In this document: one piece after another, positions 17,875 to 28,154 of the stretch
Position numbering within the stretch: position 1 is the stretch's first letter
Layout of the letters: each line of letters starts with the position of its first letter
Translations under genes and position numbers: made by a program
Assembly (NCBI GenBank): GCA_038121105.1
Contig: JAYONB010000007.1
Coordinates: 119,365-183,364, forward strand
Direction of reading: 5' to 3'
Source of the DNA: Alphaproteobacteria bacterium
GTDB taxonomy: Bacteria > Pseudomonadota > Alphaproteobacteria > SHVP01
DNA: 64,000 nucleotides
The notes under the pieces: generated by a model
The model's database searches: none
What the model was told of the DNA's origin: nothing
The model's input: only the letters and a program-made list of their open reading frames with translations

Positions 17875-18648
17875 CTACTGCAGTGTCGGCAGCAACTGCT
17901 TGTAGCCCTTGAGCTTTACCTTCACCCCGTTCTTGTGAAGCCGCGCGGTGTACGCCGCCCGCGCCTCGGGGTTGGTCGCGGCCTCAAGCAAAAACGCCTC
18001 CAGCGTCATCTCCGGCGCGATGCCTTCGTGGGCCGCCTGCAACACGCGCTCGTGCCCGTAGGTCTGAAAATTGCGCTCGCGCGCCTCGACTTCGCTGTAG
18101 CCGACCAGCGCGCCGTCGTGCCCCATCGCGGGCGCGGCGCTCTGGTACATATAGACCTCTTCGCGAAGCCCGACCGCATCGATCATCGCCAAGATGCCGG
18201 TCAGTTTGCCGAAGGTGTAGGCCGAGCCGTCGCCGTCCGGACCCAACTCGGTGTCGTGCATGACCTCGAGCTGTTCCTCGGTCAACCACGTGACATACGT
18301 CGTCAACCGCGTGCCGGGCGAGGGCGCCAGCATCGCGGGGATCGCGCCGTAACTCGAAAACCGCGCCGAATAGACCACGTCGAACCCGGTCAGCGCCGTC
18401 TTAAGCACCGGGATGCCTTCCTCCTCGCCCAGGTCGGGGTACTTGTTCACCAGTTGCTGGGGCGAGGCGTTCGAGCCATAGGCCAGGACCGGAATGCGCT
18501 CGGCCGTATCGTCGGGCGGGTTCATGCGCTTCAACGGCACCGGCGCGCCCTGAAACAAGATGTAGCTCGATTTCGGCACGTCGTAGGGATAGCTCTTGGC
18601 GCGGACCAGCCGTTCGGCGTCGCTCGGTTCTGTCATGTCTTGCCTCAT
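17875..18648 (-). CDS. hypothetical protein, possibly with a gamma-glutamylcyclotransferase/AIG2-like fold
   Basis: A VLAYGSN motif is reminiscent of GGCT-like proteins. I have no strong match. Confidence 0.35.
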   Translation of the reverse strand: MRQDMTEPSDAERLVRAKSYPYDVPKSSYILFQGAPVPLKRMNPPDDTAERIPVLAYGSNASPQQLVNKYPDLGEEEGIPVLKTALTGFDVVYSARFSSYGAIPAMLAPSPGTRLTTYVTWLTEEQLEVMHDTELGPDGDGSAYTFGKLTGILAMIDAVGLREEVYMYQSAAPAMGHDGALVGYSEVEARERNFQTYGHERVLQAAHEGIAPEMTLEAFLLEAATNPEARAAYTARLHKNGVKVKLKGYKQLLPTLQ

Positions 18649-18700
18649 GCCCTTGTTTGGCCGGTGTTGTACAGGATTTACGCGCGCGCTGCGCGCCGGG

Positions 18701-19249
18701 TCAATCGAGCGGCTTGGCCCCGCCCGGCACCGGCACCTCGAACGTGTTCAGCACCATGCTAATCAGGGTGTAATAGCCGCACAGACCGACCAAATCGGTC
18801 ACCCCGGTCTCGCCCAGTTGGGCGGTTGCCTCGGCGTAGGTCGCGTCGTCCACGACGTGATCGCGGTGCAGCGCGCTTGCAAAGTCGTACACCGCCTTTT
18901 CGTCGGCCTGCATCGACGCGCGCGGATCCTCGCCCGCCCGGATCGCCTCGATGATCGCCTCGCTCAGCCCGCCCTTGGCGGCGAACTTGGCATGCTCGTG
19001 CCACTCGAATTGCGCCGACCAAAACCGCGCCGTCACCAGGATCGCCAATTCCGACAACCGTGGCGGTAGCGCCGAATCGAAGCGCAGATAAGCCCCGAGC
19101 GATTGCGCTCGGGCGCACAATTCGGGGCTCCGCAACAGCGGATGGAACGGCCCGACCACGGCGCCGCGCGGGCCCGCCACCATGGCGTCAAACACCACGC
19201 GCTGTGCGTCGGTCAGGGTCTTAGGATCGGCTTCGGCAAAGCGGCTCAC
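18701..19249 (-). CDS. carboxymuconolactone decarboxylase (CMD/AhpD-like) family protein
   Basis: CMD-family layout. GTG start at 19249 is preceded by GGAG. Confidence 0.7.
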   Translation of the reverse strand: MSRFAEADPKTLTDAQRVVFDAMVAGPRGAVVGPFHPLLRSPELCARAQSLGAYLRFDSALPPRLSELAILVTARFWSAQFEWHEHAKFAAKGGLSEAIIEAIRAGEDPRASMQADEKAVYDFASALHRDHVVDDATYAEATAQLGETGVTDLVGLCGYYTLISMVLNTFEVPVPGGAKPLD

Positions 19250-19332
19250 GGTGTCACTCCGGTTGATCGATTTTCGGTGATATACCATGCGCTGCCCCTT
19301 GGGGGCCAAACGACACGGGATTACCTCCAAGC

Positions 19333-20829
19333 ATGTCCTTCGCCACGCTCCGCGACTTTATCCAGCACCTCGACTCCCGGGGCGATCTGGTGCGCGTGCG
19401 CGAACCGGTCTCGACGCATCTCGAGATGACCGAGATTCAGACCCGCCTGTTGGCCGAGGGCGGCCCCGCCGTCTTGTTCGAAAACCCGATCGATGCCGAG
19501 GGCAACCCCGCCGCCATGCCGGTGCTCACCAACCTGTTCGGCACCGTCGCCCGCGTCGCCGCCGGCATCGGGCGTACGCCCGAAGATCTCCGCGCCGTCG
19601 GCGAAACGCTCGCCTTCCTGCGCCAGCCCGAACCGCCCGGCGGCTGGCGCGAGGCCGTCGCCATGTTGCCGATGGTCAAAACCGTCATGGCGATGAAGCC
19701 CGCCGCCGCCGCCCACGCGCCGTGCCAGGACGTGGTGTGGACCGGCGACGACATCGACCTCGGCAAACTGCCGATCCAAATGTGCTGGCCCGGCGAACCC
19801 GCCCCGCTGATCACCTGGCCGTTGGTCGTGACGCAAGGCGCGGACGAGAAATTCAATCTCGGCATCTACCGCATGCAAGTCACCGGGCGCGACACCACCT
19901 TGATGCGCTGGCTCGCCCATCGCGGCGGCGCGCAGCACTTCGCGCGCTGGCAACGCGAACACCCGGGCGAACCGATGCCGGTCGCCGCCGTCATCGGCGC
20001 CGACCCCGGTACCGTCATCGCCGCCGTCACCCCGGTGCCGGAAACCTTGTCCGAATATCAATTCGCCGGATTGCTGCGCGGCAAGAAACTCGGCCTCGCG
20101 GACTGCGTCTCGGTCCCGCTCAAAGTCCCGTCCGAAGCCGAGATCGTCATCGAAGGCCACGTGCTGCCCGATCAATCGGGCGACGAAGGCCCTTACGGCG
20201 ATCACACCGGCTACTACAACGCGGTCGAACGCTTCCCCGTGTTCAAAGTCTCGGCCGTCACCATGCGCCGCGACCCGATCTATCTCTCCACCTTCACCGG
20301 CCGCCCGCCGGACGAGCCCAGCGTGCTGGGCGAAGCGCTTAACGAAGTCTTCGTCCCTCTGTTGCAACAACAGTTCCCCGAGATCGTCGACTTCTGGCTG
20401 CCGCCCGAAGGGTGCAGCTATCGCATTGCGGTGGTCTCGATGAAAAAGGCCTACCCCGGCCACGCCAAGCGCGTGATGCTCGCGGTGTGGTCCTACCTGC
20501 GCCAGTTCATGTACACCAAGTGGGTCATCGTGGTGGACGACGACATCGACGCACGCGATTGGAAAGACGTGATGTGGGCGGTCTCCACCCGCATGGACCC
20601 GGCGCGCGACATCACCGTCATCGAAAACACCCCGATCGACTACCTCGATTTTGCCTCGCCCCAATCCGGCTTGGGTTCCAAGATCGGGCTCGACGCCACC
20701 AATAAACTACCGCCCGAGACCAAGCGCGAGTGGGGCACCAAAATCCGCATGTCCGACGACATCGTCGAAACCGTCACCGAAAAATGGCCCCGCCTCGGCC
20801 TGCCGGGCACCGGCAAACCGATCTGGTAG
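19333..20829 (+). CDS. ubiD: UbiD family decarboxylase (3-octaprenyl-4-hydroxybenzoate carboxy-lyase)
   Basis: Full-length UbiD similarity, with ubiA nearby. Confidence 0.92.
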   Translation: MSFATLRDFIQHLDSRGDLVRVREPVSTHLEMTEIQTRLLAEGGPAVLFENPIDAEGNPAAMPVLTNLFGTVARVAAGIGRTPEDLRAVGETLAFLRQPEPPGGWREAVAMLPMVKTVMAMKPAAAAHAPCQDVVWTGDDIDLGKLPIQMCWPGEPAPLITWPLVVTQGADEKFNLGIYRMQVTGRDTTLMRWLAHRGGAQHFARWQREHPGEPMPVAAVIGADPGTVIAAVTPVPETLSEYQFAGLLRGKKLGLADCVSVPLKVPSEAEIVIEGHVLPDQSGDEGPYGDHTGYYNAVERFPVFKVSAVTMRRDPIYLSTFTGRPPDEPSVLGEALNEVFVPLLQQQFPEIVDFWLPPEGCSYRIAVVSMKKAYPGHAKRVMLAVWSYLRQFMYTKWVIVVDDDIDARDWKDVMWAVSTRMDPARDITVIENTPIDYLDFASPQSGLGSKIGLDATNKLPPETKREWGTKIRMSDDIVETVTEKWPRLGLPGTGKPIW

Positions 20830-20877
20830 ACTGGTCGATGCACCGCGCCGTCACCACATAAGCGACGCAAACCCCGC

Positions 20878-22199
20878 ATGGCCGACACCCACCCCAAAAC
20901 CGACCCCATCGATACCGCCTTTGCGGACGAAGAACTTTACGCCCGCCGTCTATCGTTCCGCGTGCGCGTCGTCCTCGTCGTCGCGGTGTTCTGTTTTTTG
21001 CCGTTCATCGTCACGCCGACAACGCTGCTGCCGTATTTCTATGGGCTCAGCCTGTTGTTTCTGGTCTCGAGCTGGCTGCACTACCGCATCGCCAAGGCCG
21101 GCGATCACAGCGCGGTGTGGTCGTATCTCTTTTCGGCGCTCGATGTCTGCCTGATCGTTTGGATCGTCGTCGTCCCGCCGCCGTTCGTCGAACCCTTCGT
21201 GCCGGTCAGCGCCCAACTGTGGTTCGGCAATCAAACCTACATGTACATCTTCCTCGCCGCGGCGGTGTTCACCTACAGCCCCTGGGTCGTGGTCGGGACC
21301 GGCGTGGTCGGCGCGGCGGCTTGGTGGGTCGGCGTCTTTTGGATTCTCCAGCAACCGGGATCCTATGTGCTGAGCGACACCACGCCGCTCCTCACCATGA
21401 CCCCCGACGAGCGGATCGACTATCTCGCCGATTACCGCCGGGTCGACCTCGGCGTCCATGCCCAAGCCGCCTTTCTCTTTATCGTGGTCTCCGTCGGCTT
21501 GGCCGCCTTCGTCTGGCGCGTCCGCAAGCTCGTGTACGACAGCGCAACCTCGGAACGCGCGCGCGGCAACCTCGCGCGCTTTTTTCGCCCAACATCGTCG
21601 CCGAGCTTTCCAACCACGACGAACCGTTACGCGCCGGACGCCGCCAAGACATCGCCATCATGTTTGCCGACATCGTCGGCTTTACCGAACTAGCCGAGGG
21701 CCGGTCGCCGGACGACGTGCTCAAATTGCTGCGCGACGTCCATGGCATCGCGGCCCGCCAGGTCTTCGCCCACAACGGCACGCTGGACAAATATCTCGGC
21801 GACGGGGTGATGGCGACCTTCGGCACCCCGCGCACCGCCGACGACGATGCCGACCGCGCCCTAGCTTGCGCCAAGGCCATCCTGCAAGACCTCGCTCGGT
21901 TCAACGCCGCACGCGCCGGCCCGCCGGTGCGCCTTGGTATCGGGCTGCATTACGGCGACGTCGTGCTGGGCGACATCGGCAGCAGCGAGCGCCTCGAATA
22001 CACCGTCATCGGCGATACCGTGAACGTCGCCAGCCGCCTCGAACGCCTCACCCGCGAGATCGGCCAAGACCTCGTCGTCAGCGACGCGCTCTACCAGCGC
22101 CTCCATGATCCGTCGCTCGCCGAGGGACTTACCAAGGGCGAACCCCGCCGACTGCGCGGCCGCGAAGAACCCGTCGCCTTCTGGACCCAAACCATATGA
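20878..22199 (+). pseudogene. membrane-anchored class III adenylate/guanylate cyclase, interrupted by a +1/-1 frameshift in a T6 run
   Basis: The six-TM N-terminal ORF (20878-21693) and the CHD cyclase-domain ORF (21117-22199; FADIVGFTELAE...GDGVMATFG) are in different frames. The protein would read ...GNLARFF/SPNIVAEL... across T6 at 21580-21585. Confidence 0.7.
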
Positions 22200-22330
22200 G
22201 CCGCCGCCCTGCGGACGGGTCGACCCGTGCCCGATCAAGACCTGCGCGATGGGCTGGAAACGGCGGGTGAGAAGACGGTCAGGGGCCGGGACGGCACCCT
22301 AACTCTTTGGTCGTTGCACGAAGCGTCGGG

Positions 22331-23551
22331 CTAGACCGACGCGGCCTCGCGCCGCGGCGCCAGCACCCAGAACGACAACGGCACACCTACCGCGAGCACC
22401 GCCATGGGCACCAACACCGACATCACGGTGCCGTCGAACAACAGGCCGGCCGCCGCACTCATCCCGGCGGCAAACGTGCCTTGCGAAAAACCGATGAGCG
22501 CCGACGCCGTCCCGGCAACTTCCGGATGCGGGGCCAACGCGCCGGCCATGCCAAGCGCCACGACAAACCCCATCGCAAATCCGATCGCGCCCAACAACAC
22601 GATCAATACTGCGATCGAGGCGCCCCCGGCCCACCCGATCCCGGCCATCGCCACGCTGATCGTCGCCACGGCCACCGCCGCCGCCACGAACATGCGCCGC
22701 CGGTCGACCCGACGCGCCAGCGACCCCGCGAGGAACGAGCCGAGCGCGAGACTGCCCGATATGGCGGTGAACACGAACCCGAAATGCGCGGGTGCCATCC
22801 CCAACACCTCAACGAACATGAATGCGCCCGCCGAAATGAACGTGAACATGCTGCCGAACATGAAACAGATGCTGGCCGTGTAGGAAAGAAACACGCGGTC
22901 GGCGATGAGCCGCACCATCCCGCGGCGCGTGATTGCGACTTGGCGGGACAGCGATTCGCGTACCGGGATCGTTTCGGTGAAGCGTCGCCAAATCAGCACG
23001 AAGAAGATCAGCGCCAGCACGACATGCAGCGCAAAGACGACCTCCCATCCCAACCACACCGCCAGGAACCCGCCCGCCACCGGCGTGATCGCCGAGGTTA
23101 GCCCGATCACCACCATGGTGAAGGCCAGCATGCGCGCGGTGCCCGCCGGGTCGTGGGTATCGCGAATCACCGCCCGGCCCGCCACCTGGCCGACCGACAC
23201 GGCCAGGGCCTGCACGAAGCGCGCAATGGTTAGGGAGTCGATCGAGGGGGCAACGATACAGATCGCACTGGCAGCCGCGATCAGCACCATGCCGCCCAGC
23301 AACAAGGGCCGCCGCCCGAACACGTCGACCAACGGCCCCGACACCAGCTGCCCAATGGCGAATCCCGCAAGGTAGACGCTCACCGTCAATTGCGCCGGCC
23401 CCGCGCCGACCCCGAACGCTTCCGCCACCAGCGGCAGGGTCGGGACGTACATCTCCAAGGTCAGGGGCCCAAAGGCCAACAGCCCGCCAACAAATAGAAT
23501 GAAAGAAAGAGAATTGGGTCGCAGCACGCCGGCGACCCTAGTGCCTCCCAC
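22331..23551 (-). CDS. MFS transporter, Bcr/CflA drug-resistance subfamily
   Basis: Twelve-TM MFS protein with a Bcr/CflA-like N-terminus (LAFGPLTLEMYVPTLP...GRRP). Confidence 0.85.
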   Translation of the reverse strand: MGGTRVAGVLRPNSLSFILFVGGLLAFGPLTLEMYVPTLPLVAEAFGVGAGPAQLTVSVYLAGFAIGQLVSGPLVDVFGRRPLLLGGMVLIAAASAICIVAPSIDSLTIARFVQALAVSVGQVAGRAVIRDTHDPAGTARMLAFTMVVIGLTSAITPVAGGFLAVWLGWEVVFALHVVLALIFFVLIWRRFTETIPVRESLSRQVAITRRGMVRLIADRVFLSYTASICFMFGSMFTFISAGAFMFVEVLGMAPAHFGFVFTAISGSLALGSFLAGSLARRVDRRRMFVAAAVAVATISVAMAGIGWAGGASIAVLIVLLGAIGFAMGFVVALGMAGALAPHPEVAGTASALIGFSQGTFAAGMSAAAGLLFDGTVMSVLVPMAVLAVGVPLSFWVLAPRREAASV

Positions 23552-23567
23552 ATCCTAGGGCGAGACG

Positions 23568-23693
23568 CTCTTATAAACACTATTAATTGTGTTAAATAAT
23601 TAAATATCCATTTGACTAGTGTGATTTAACTCATACATTCAACTCATACTGTGTTTTAGAAACGCGCCCTGGGCGCCCATCGGCAGGCAGGCG
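23568..23693 (+). promoter_or_regulatory. AT-rich promoter island upstream of cysG with candidate sigma70 elements, a direct repeat and a palindrome
   Basis: About 90 bp at under 30% GC in a ~67% GC genome. Contains TTGACT (23612-23617), a 16-nt spacer and TACATT; AACTCATAC at 23628-23636 and 23641-23649; and GCGCCCtGGGCGC just before the cysG ATG. Confidence 0.4.
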
Positions 23694-25088
23694 ATGAAGA
23701 CCTTTCCGATCTTTCTTACGTTGCAGGGTCGGCCCGCACTGGTCGTTGGCGCCGGTGCGATGACCGTCGCCAAGGCGCGCCTGCTCCATGCGGCCGGTGC
23801 GCGGGTGACCCTAATCACCAACCGGGACACGCCGGACGCCGAATTGCCCCAAGACGACGCGGCCCGAATCCTCGACCGCCCCTTCCGCAAGGTCGATGCA
23901 CCCCGGTACGCCCTGATCTACAGCGCCACCGGCGATGCCGTGGAGGATGCCCGCGTGGCCGCCGCGGCCCGCGCCGCCGGCATTCCGGTCAATGCGGTCG
24001 ACCGGCCGGACTTGTCGAGCTTCATCACCCCGGCCATTGTCGACCGCGATCCGATAACCATCGCCATTTCCAGCGCCGGTACGGCGCCGGTCCTGGCGCG
24101 CCAACTGCGTATGAAACTCGAGGCCGAACTGCCGCGCCGCCTCGGTCGTCTCGCCGCATTCGCAGGCAGCTTTCGCAACGCGGTCAAAAGTGCCGTCAGC
24201 GACTTCGGCGCGCGCCGCGCGTTGTGGGACGGCCTGTTCAACGGCCCGATCGCGGACGCGGTCTTGCGCGGCGACGAGGCCGAAGCCCGCGAGCGCATGA
24301 TCTCGACGATCAACCGACCCGTCGCGCCCCCGCGCGGTATCGTGCATATCGTCGGCGCCGGCCCGGGCGATCCGGAACTCCTCACGCTCAAGGCGCTCCA
24401 GGCCCTCCAGCGCGCCGACGTCGTGTTCTACGACCGGTTGGTCAGCGCCGAGGTTTTGGACTTCGCCCGGCGCGATACCGAGCGCGTGTTCGTCGGCAAA
24501 ACGCCCGGCAGCCCGACGATGCCGCAACACGAAATCAACGCCTTGCTCGCGCGTCGCGCCCAAGCGGGCGAACGCGTCGTCCGCCTCAAGGGCGGCGATC
24601 CTTTTATTTTCGGTCGAGGCGGCGAAGAAGTCGCCCATCTCACGGCCCGCGGAATCGAAGTCGTCGTCGTCCCCGGCATCACCGCGGCCGCCGGTTGCGC
24701 CGCCGCGGCGCAAATCCCGCTGACCCACCGCGACCATGCCACGGCCGTCACCTTCGTCACCGGACACGCTCAGGACGGCGAACCCGATTTGGACTGGCGC
24801 GCGCTCGCCTCGTTCGGCCAGACGCTCGCCATCTACATGGGCATCGCCCAGGCCAAGGTCATCGCGACGCGCCTGATCGACGCCGGCCGCGACCCCGCCA
24901 CCCCCGTTTCCGTCGTCGAAAACGGCACCACCCATCGACAACGGGTCGTCTCCGGAACCTTGCGCGGGCTTGCCCGTCTTATCGCCGGCAACGACATCAC
25001 CAGCCCCGCACTTCTCATCATCGGGGCCGTCACCTTGGCCGCTGCAGATGCCGACCGACCGGCCGAAGCGCTGCAAGCCGCCGTCTAA
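23694..25088 (+). CDS. cysG: siroheme synthase (uroporphyrinogen-III C-methyltransferase, precorrin-2 dehydrogenase and ferrochelatase)
   Basis: N-terminal Rossmann fold (LVVGAGAMTV) plus C-terminal SUMT domain (VHIVGAGPGDPELLTLKA). Confidence 0.92.
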   Translation: MKTFPIFLTLQGRPALVVGAGAMTVAKARLLHAAGARVTLITNRDTPDAELPQDDAARILDRPFRKVDAPRYALIYSATGDAVEDARVAAAARAAGIPVNAVDRPDLSSFITPAIVDRDPITIAISSAGTAPVLARQLRMKLEAELPRRLGRLAAFAGSFRNAVKSAVSDFGARRALWDGLFNGPIADAVLRGDEAEARERMISTINRPVAPPRGIVHIVGAGPGDPELLTLKALQALQRADVVFYDRLVSAEVLDFARRDTERVFVGKTPGSPTMPQHEINALLARRAQAGERVVRLKGGDPFIFGRGGEEVAHLTARGIEVVVVPGITAAAGCAAAAQIPLTHRDHATAVTFVTGHAQDGEPDLDWRALASFGQTLAIYMGIAQAKVIATRLIDAGRDPATPVSVVENGTTHRQRVVSGTLRGLARLIAGNDITSPALLIIGAVTLAAADADRPAEALQAAV

Positions 25089-25099
25089 AGGAGAACGCC

Positions 25100-25393
25100 A
25101 TGGCCACCCAAGTCGTTTCAGCCAACCGCCTCGACAACGGACGCGTTGTCTATCTCGCCCCCAGCGGCCAATGGGTCGGCGCCCTCAGCGAAGCCGAGGT
25201 CGCCAAGGACAAGCCCACCGCCCAAGACCTTCTGCAGCGCGCCGAAACTGCCGTCATCGAAAGCCACATCGTCGGCCCCTATTTGATCGACGTCACCGCG
25301 GCGAGCGCCGCACAGCGCCCGCAGCGCCTGCGCGAACTGATCCGCGCCACCGGGCCGACGGTTCAACCCGCCACTTCGACCCCCGCCCTCTAG
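25100..25393 (+). CDS. DUF2849 domain protein
   Basis: Small ORF with an AAGGAG RBS between cysG and cysI, the conserved position of DUF2849 in alphaproteobacterial sulfite-reduction clusters. Confidence 0.7.
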   Translation: MATQVVSANRLDNGRVVYLAPSGQWVGALSEAEVAKDKPTAQDLLQRAETAVIESHIVGPYLIDVTAASAAQRPQRLRELIRATGPTVQPATSTPAL

Positions 25394-27054
25394 TGGCGGC
25401 CACCTACCACTACAACGCCGCCGACCGCACCTTGGTGCGCGAGCGGGTGGCGCAGTTTCGTGATCAGGTGAACCGGCGCCTGGCCGGCGACCTCACCGAG
25501 GACGCCTTTCGCCCGCTGCGGCTGATGAACGGGCTCTACCTGCAACTGCACGCTTACATGCTGCGCGTGGCCATTCCCTACGGCACCTTGTCGGCAGCTC
25601 AGATGCGCAAGCTGGCCGATATCGCGCGGCGCTACGACCGCGGATACGGTCACTTCACCACCCGACAGAACATCCAATACAACTGGATCGACCTCGAACA
25701 AACGCCGGATCTGCTGGACGAGCTTGCCGATGTCGACATGCACGCCATTCAGACCAGCGGCAACGTGATCCGCAACGTCACCGCCGATCACTACGCCGGC
25801 GCGACGGCCGACGAGGTCGACGATTCGCGCATCTACGCCGAGATCATTCGGCAGTGGTCGACGCTGCATCCCGAGTTTTCGTTCCTGCCACGCAAGTTCA
25901 AGATCGCCGTCACCGCAAGCCCGACCGACCGGGCCGCCCTCAAGGTCCACGACATCGGCGTTCGATTGCATCTCCAGGGCGATGCGCGCGGCTTCGAGGT
26001 GATGGTCGGCGGCGGCCAAGGGCGCACCCCGATGCTCGCCAAGACGATCCGCGATTTCCTGCCCGAGCGCGACCTACTCAGCTATCTCGAAGCGATCTTG
26101 CGCGTCTACAACCGGCTCGGACGCCGCGACAACAAATACAAGGCCCGCATCAAAATTCTGGTTCACGAACTTGGCGCGGACGACTTTGCCGCCATGGTCG
26201 AGACGGAATGGCAGGCCATCAAGGATGGGCCGCTGGCGTTGCCGGCCGAAGAAATCACCCGCATCCGCCGCCATTTTCATCCGCCGCCGTTCCTCGACCT
26301 CGATGCCCCGAACGCGTTGCGGGCCGCCAAAGAGCGCATCGATTCGGCGTTCAACCGATGGCTCAAGGTCAACACCAAGCCGCACAAACACCCGGGCTAC
26401 GCCATCGTCGATATCTCGCTGAAACCGACCGGCGGCATTCCGGGCGACGCAACCGCCGATCAAATGGATGCCGTCGCGGACCTCGCGGCGCGCTACAGCT
26501 TCGACGAGATTCGCGTCACCCATACGCAAAACCTCGTCCTGCCCCATGTCGAAGAAGGCAAACTTTACGATCTGTGGCAGGCGCTCGACCGGTTCGGGCT
26601 TGCCACCCCCAACGTCGGACTCGCGGGCGACATCATTTCGTGCCCCGGATTGGATTATTGCTCGCTCGCCACCGCCCGCTCGATTCCCATCGCCCAAGCG
26701 ATCAGCACCCGCCTTGCCGATGTCGGCTTGCAAGAAGACCTCGGCACGTTGGGAATCAAGATCTCGGGCTGCATCAACGCTTGCGGCCACCACCATGTCG
26801 GCAATATCGGCATTCTCGGCCTCGAAAAGAACGGCGAGGAATTCTACCAACTCACCCTCGGCGGCGACCCCGGCTCCGATGCCTCATTGGGCGAGGTCGT
26901 CGGCAAATCGTTTTCGGCCGAGGGCATCGTCGATGCCGTCGAACAGATCACCCATGCCTATCGCGACCTGCGCGGCCCCGGCGAAACCTTCATCGCTACC
27001 TACCGGCGGGTCGGCCCCGCCCCCTTCAAGGAGACCCTCTATGCCGCTGCTTAA
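25393..27054 (+). CDS. cysI: sulfite reductase hemoprotein (nitrite/sulfite reductase family)
   Basis: NiR/SiR ferredoxin-like and 4Fe-4S/siroheme domains (CPGLDYCSLA...CINACGHHH). The GTG start at 25393 overlaps the DUF2849 stop. Confidence 0.88.
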   Translation: MAATYHYNAADRTLVRERVAQFRDQVNRRLAGDLTEDAFRPLRLMNGLYLQLHAYMLRVAIPYGTLSAAQMRKLADIARRYDRGYGHFTTRQNIQYNWIDLEQTPDLLDELADVDMHAIQTSGNVIRNVTADHYAGATADEVDDSRIYAEIIRQWSTLHPEFSFLPRKFKIAVTASPTDRAALKVHDIGVRLHLQGDARGFEVMVGGGQGRTPMLAKTIRDFLPERDLLSYLEAILRVYNRLGRRDNKYKARIKILVHELGADDFAAMVETEWQAIKDGPLALPAEEITRIRRHFHPPPFLDLDAPNALRAAKERIDSAFNRWLKVNTKPHKHPGYAIVDISLKPTGGIPGDATADQMDAVADLAARYSFDEIRVTHTQNLVLPHVEEGKLYDLWQALDRFGLATPNVGLAGDIISCPGLDYCSLATARSIPIAQAISTRLADVGLQEDLGTLGIKISGCINACGHHHVGNIGILGLEKNGEEFYQLTLGGDPGSDASLGEVVGKSFSAEGIVDAVEQITHAYRDLRGPGETFIATYRRVGPAPFKETLYAAA

Positions 27055-27469
27055 AGACGGCGCCCTTACCGAAGATCCCTGGCAACACGTTACCGGCGTG
27101 CGGCTCGACCTCGCGACATGGCAAGCCGACCGCGATGCGCTCATCGCCCGCGCGGTGCCGCTGGGACTGACCCTCGGTCCCGAGGACGCGATCGAGCCGC
27201 TCGGCCCCGATATCCATCGTTTCAGCCTGATTGCCCTGGACTTCCCCGCCTTCACGGACGGGCGGCCCTATTCGGCGGCCCGCCTGCTGCGCGAACGCTT
27301 CGGCTATCGCGGCGAATTGCGCGCCACCGGCGACGTGCAACGCGATCAAATGGCGTTCATGGCGCGGTGCGGCTTCGATGCCTTCGAGGTAGCCAACGAA
27401 CAGGCCGCCAGAGACTTCGCCGCCGCGCAGGCCGAGATCAGCGTCACCTATCAACCCCCCGCGGCTTAG
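27041..27469 (+). CDS. DUF934 domain protein (companion of cysI)
   Basis: AAGGAG RBS; the ATG at 27041 overlaps the end of cysI, the conserved position for DUF934. Confidence 0.7.
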   Translation: MPLLKDGALTEDPWQHVTGVRLDLATWQADRDALIARAVPLGLTLGPEDAIEPLGPDIHRFSLIALDFPAFTDGRPYSAARLLRERFGYRGELRATGDVQRDQMAFMARCGFDAFEVANEQAARDFAAAQAEISVTYQPPAA

Positions 27470-27512
27470 ACCCGCAACGCCGCCACACCTGAACGGTCCA
27501 GGGCCGCGCGGT

Positions 27513-28058
27513 TCAGTCCGCGTTCGCCTCGTCGGCGGTCGACGTTTCGGGCGACGCCAACGCCACCACGGGCACCGACTCGTCCTCGGCGCGCGCGGTA
27601 CGCGTCAAGTCACCGGTCACGCACCCCCCCTTCTCGACCTCCAACGCATCGTAGATCACCGTCCCGGTCACCTGGCCCGAGCGGCGCACGCTCAGGCATC
27701 CCCGCACCGTCAATTGGCCGTCAAAATGACCGTCGATTTCGGCGGCCTCGACCTCGGCGCTTCCTCTGACCTGACCGGTGGCCGAAATCGCCAAAACCCG
27801 CGCCGCGATCGTCGCCTCGACATCGCCCTCGACCGTCAGCCGATCGCACGAACTCACCTCGCCCTTCAAGCGCAAGCCACGGCCGACATGCAAATTGGCG
27901 TCCTCCCCCGGCTCGACCGCCACGGCCGGCTCGTCCGGCCACCAGCCGGGTTTGGGCTTCTCCGGTAGCCCGGTGCTTTGTCGTGTCGTGTCGGCGTTAG
28001 GGGCTTCGGCCCCGCCGCGTTGACGAAGCGATTTGAATCCTAGGGGTGATCTTTCCAC
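27513..28058 (-). CDS. bactofilin family cytoskeletal protein
   Basis: Repetitive beta-helical DUF583-like motifs (VEGDVEA, GQVRGSAEVEAAEIDGHFDG). Confidence 0.55.
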   Translation of the reverse strand: MERSPLGFKSLRQRGGAEAPNADTTRQSTGLPEKPKPGWWPDEPAVAVEPGEDANLHVGRGLRLKGEVSSCDRLTVEGDVEATIAARVLAISATGQVRGSAEVEAAEIDGHFDGQLTVRGCLSVRRSGQVTGTVIYDALEVEKGGCVTGDLTRTARAEDESVPVVALASPETSTADEANAD

Positions 28059-28154
28059 GATGCTGTCTCCCTGCGTGGTGAGGCGAAGGACGACAGCGTG
28101 TCAGGGGAATGGGGCGCGAGTGGGATGCCAACAAGGCGAATCCGTGGCACGTCG

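Noticed and set aside
19321-20664. 447-aa minus-strand ORF
   Set aside because: It is fully antisense to the strongly supported ubiD gene and has the Gly/Arg/Asp-rich composition typical of GC-rich frame artefacts.
21580-21585. T6 tract as a programmed frameshift or phase-variation site
   Set aside because: Six bases is short for slipped-strand phase variation and there is no slippery heptamer or pseudoknot context. A sequencing error or a simple pseudogene is more parsimonious, so it is reported only as a frameshift to verify.
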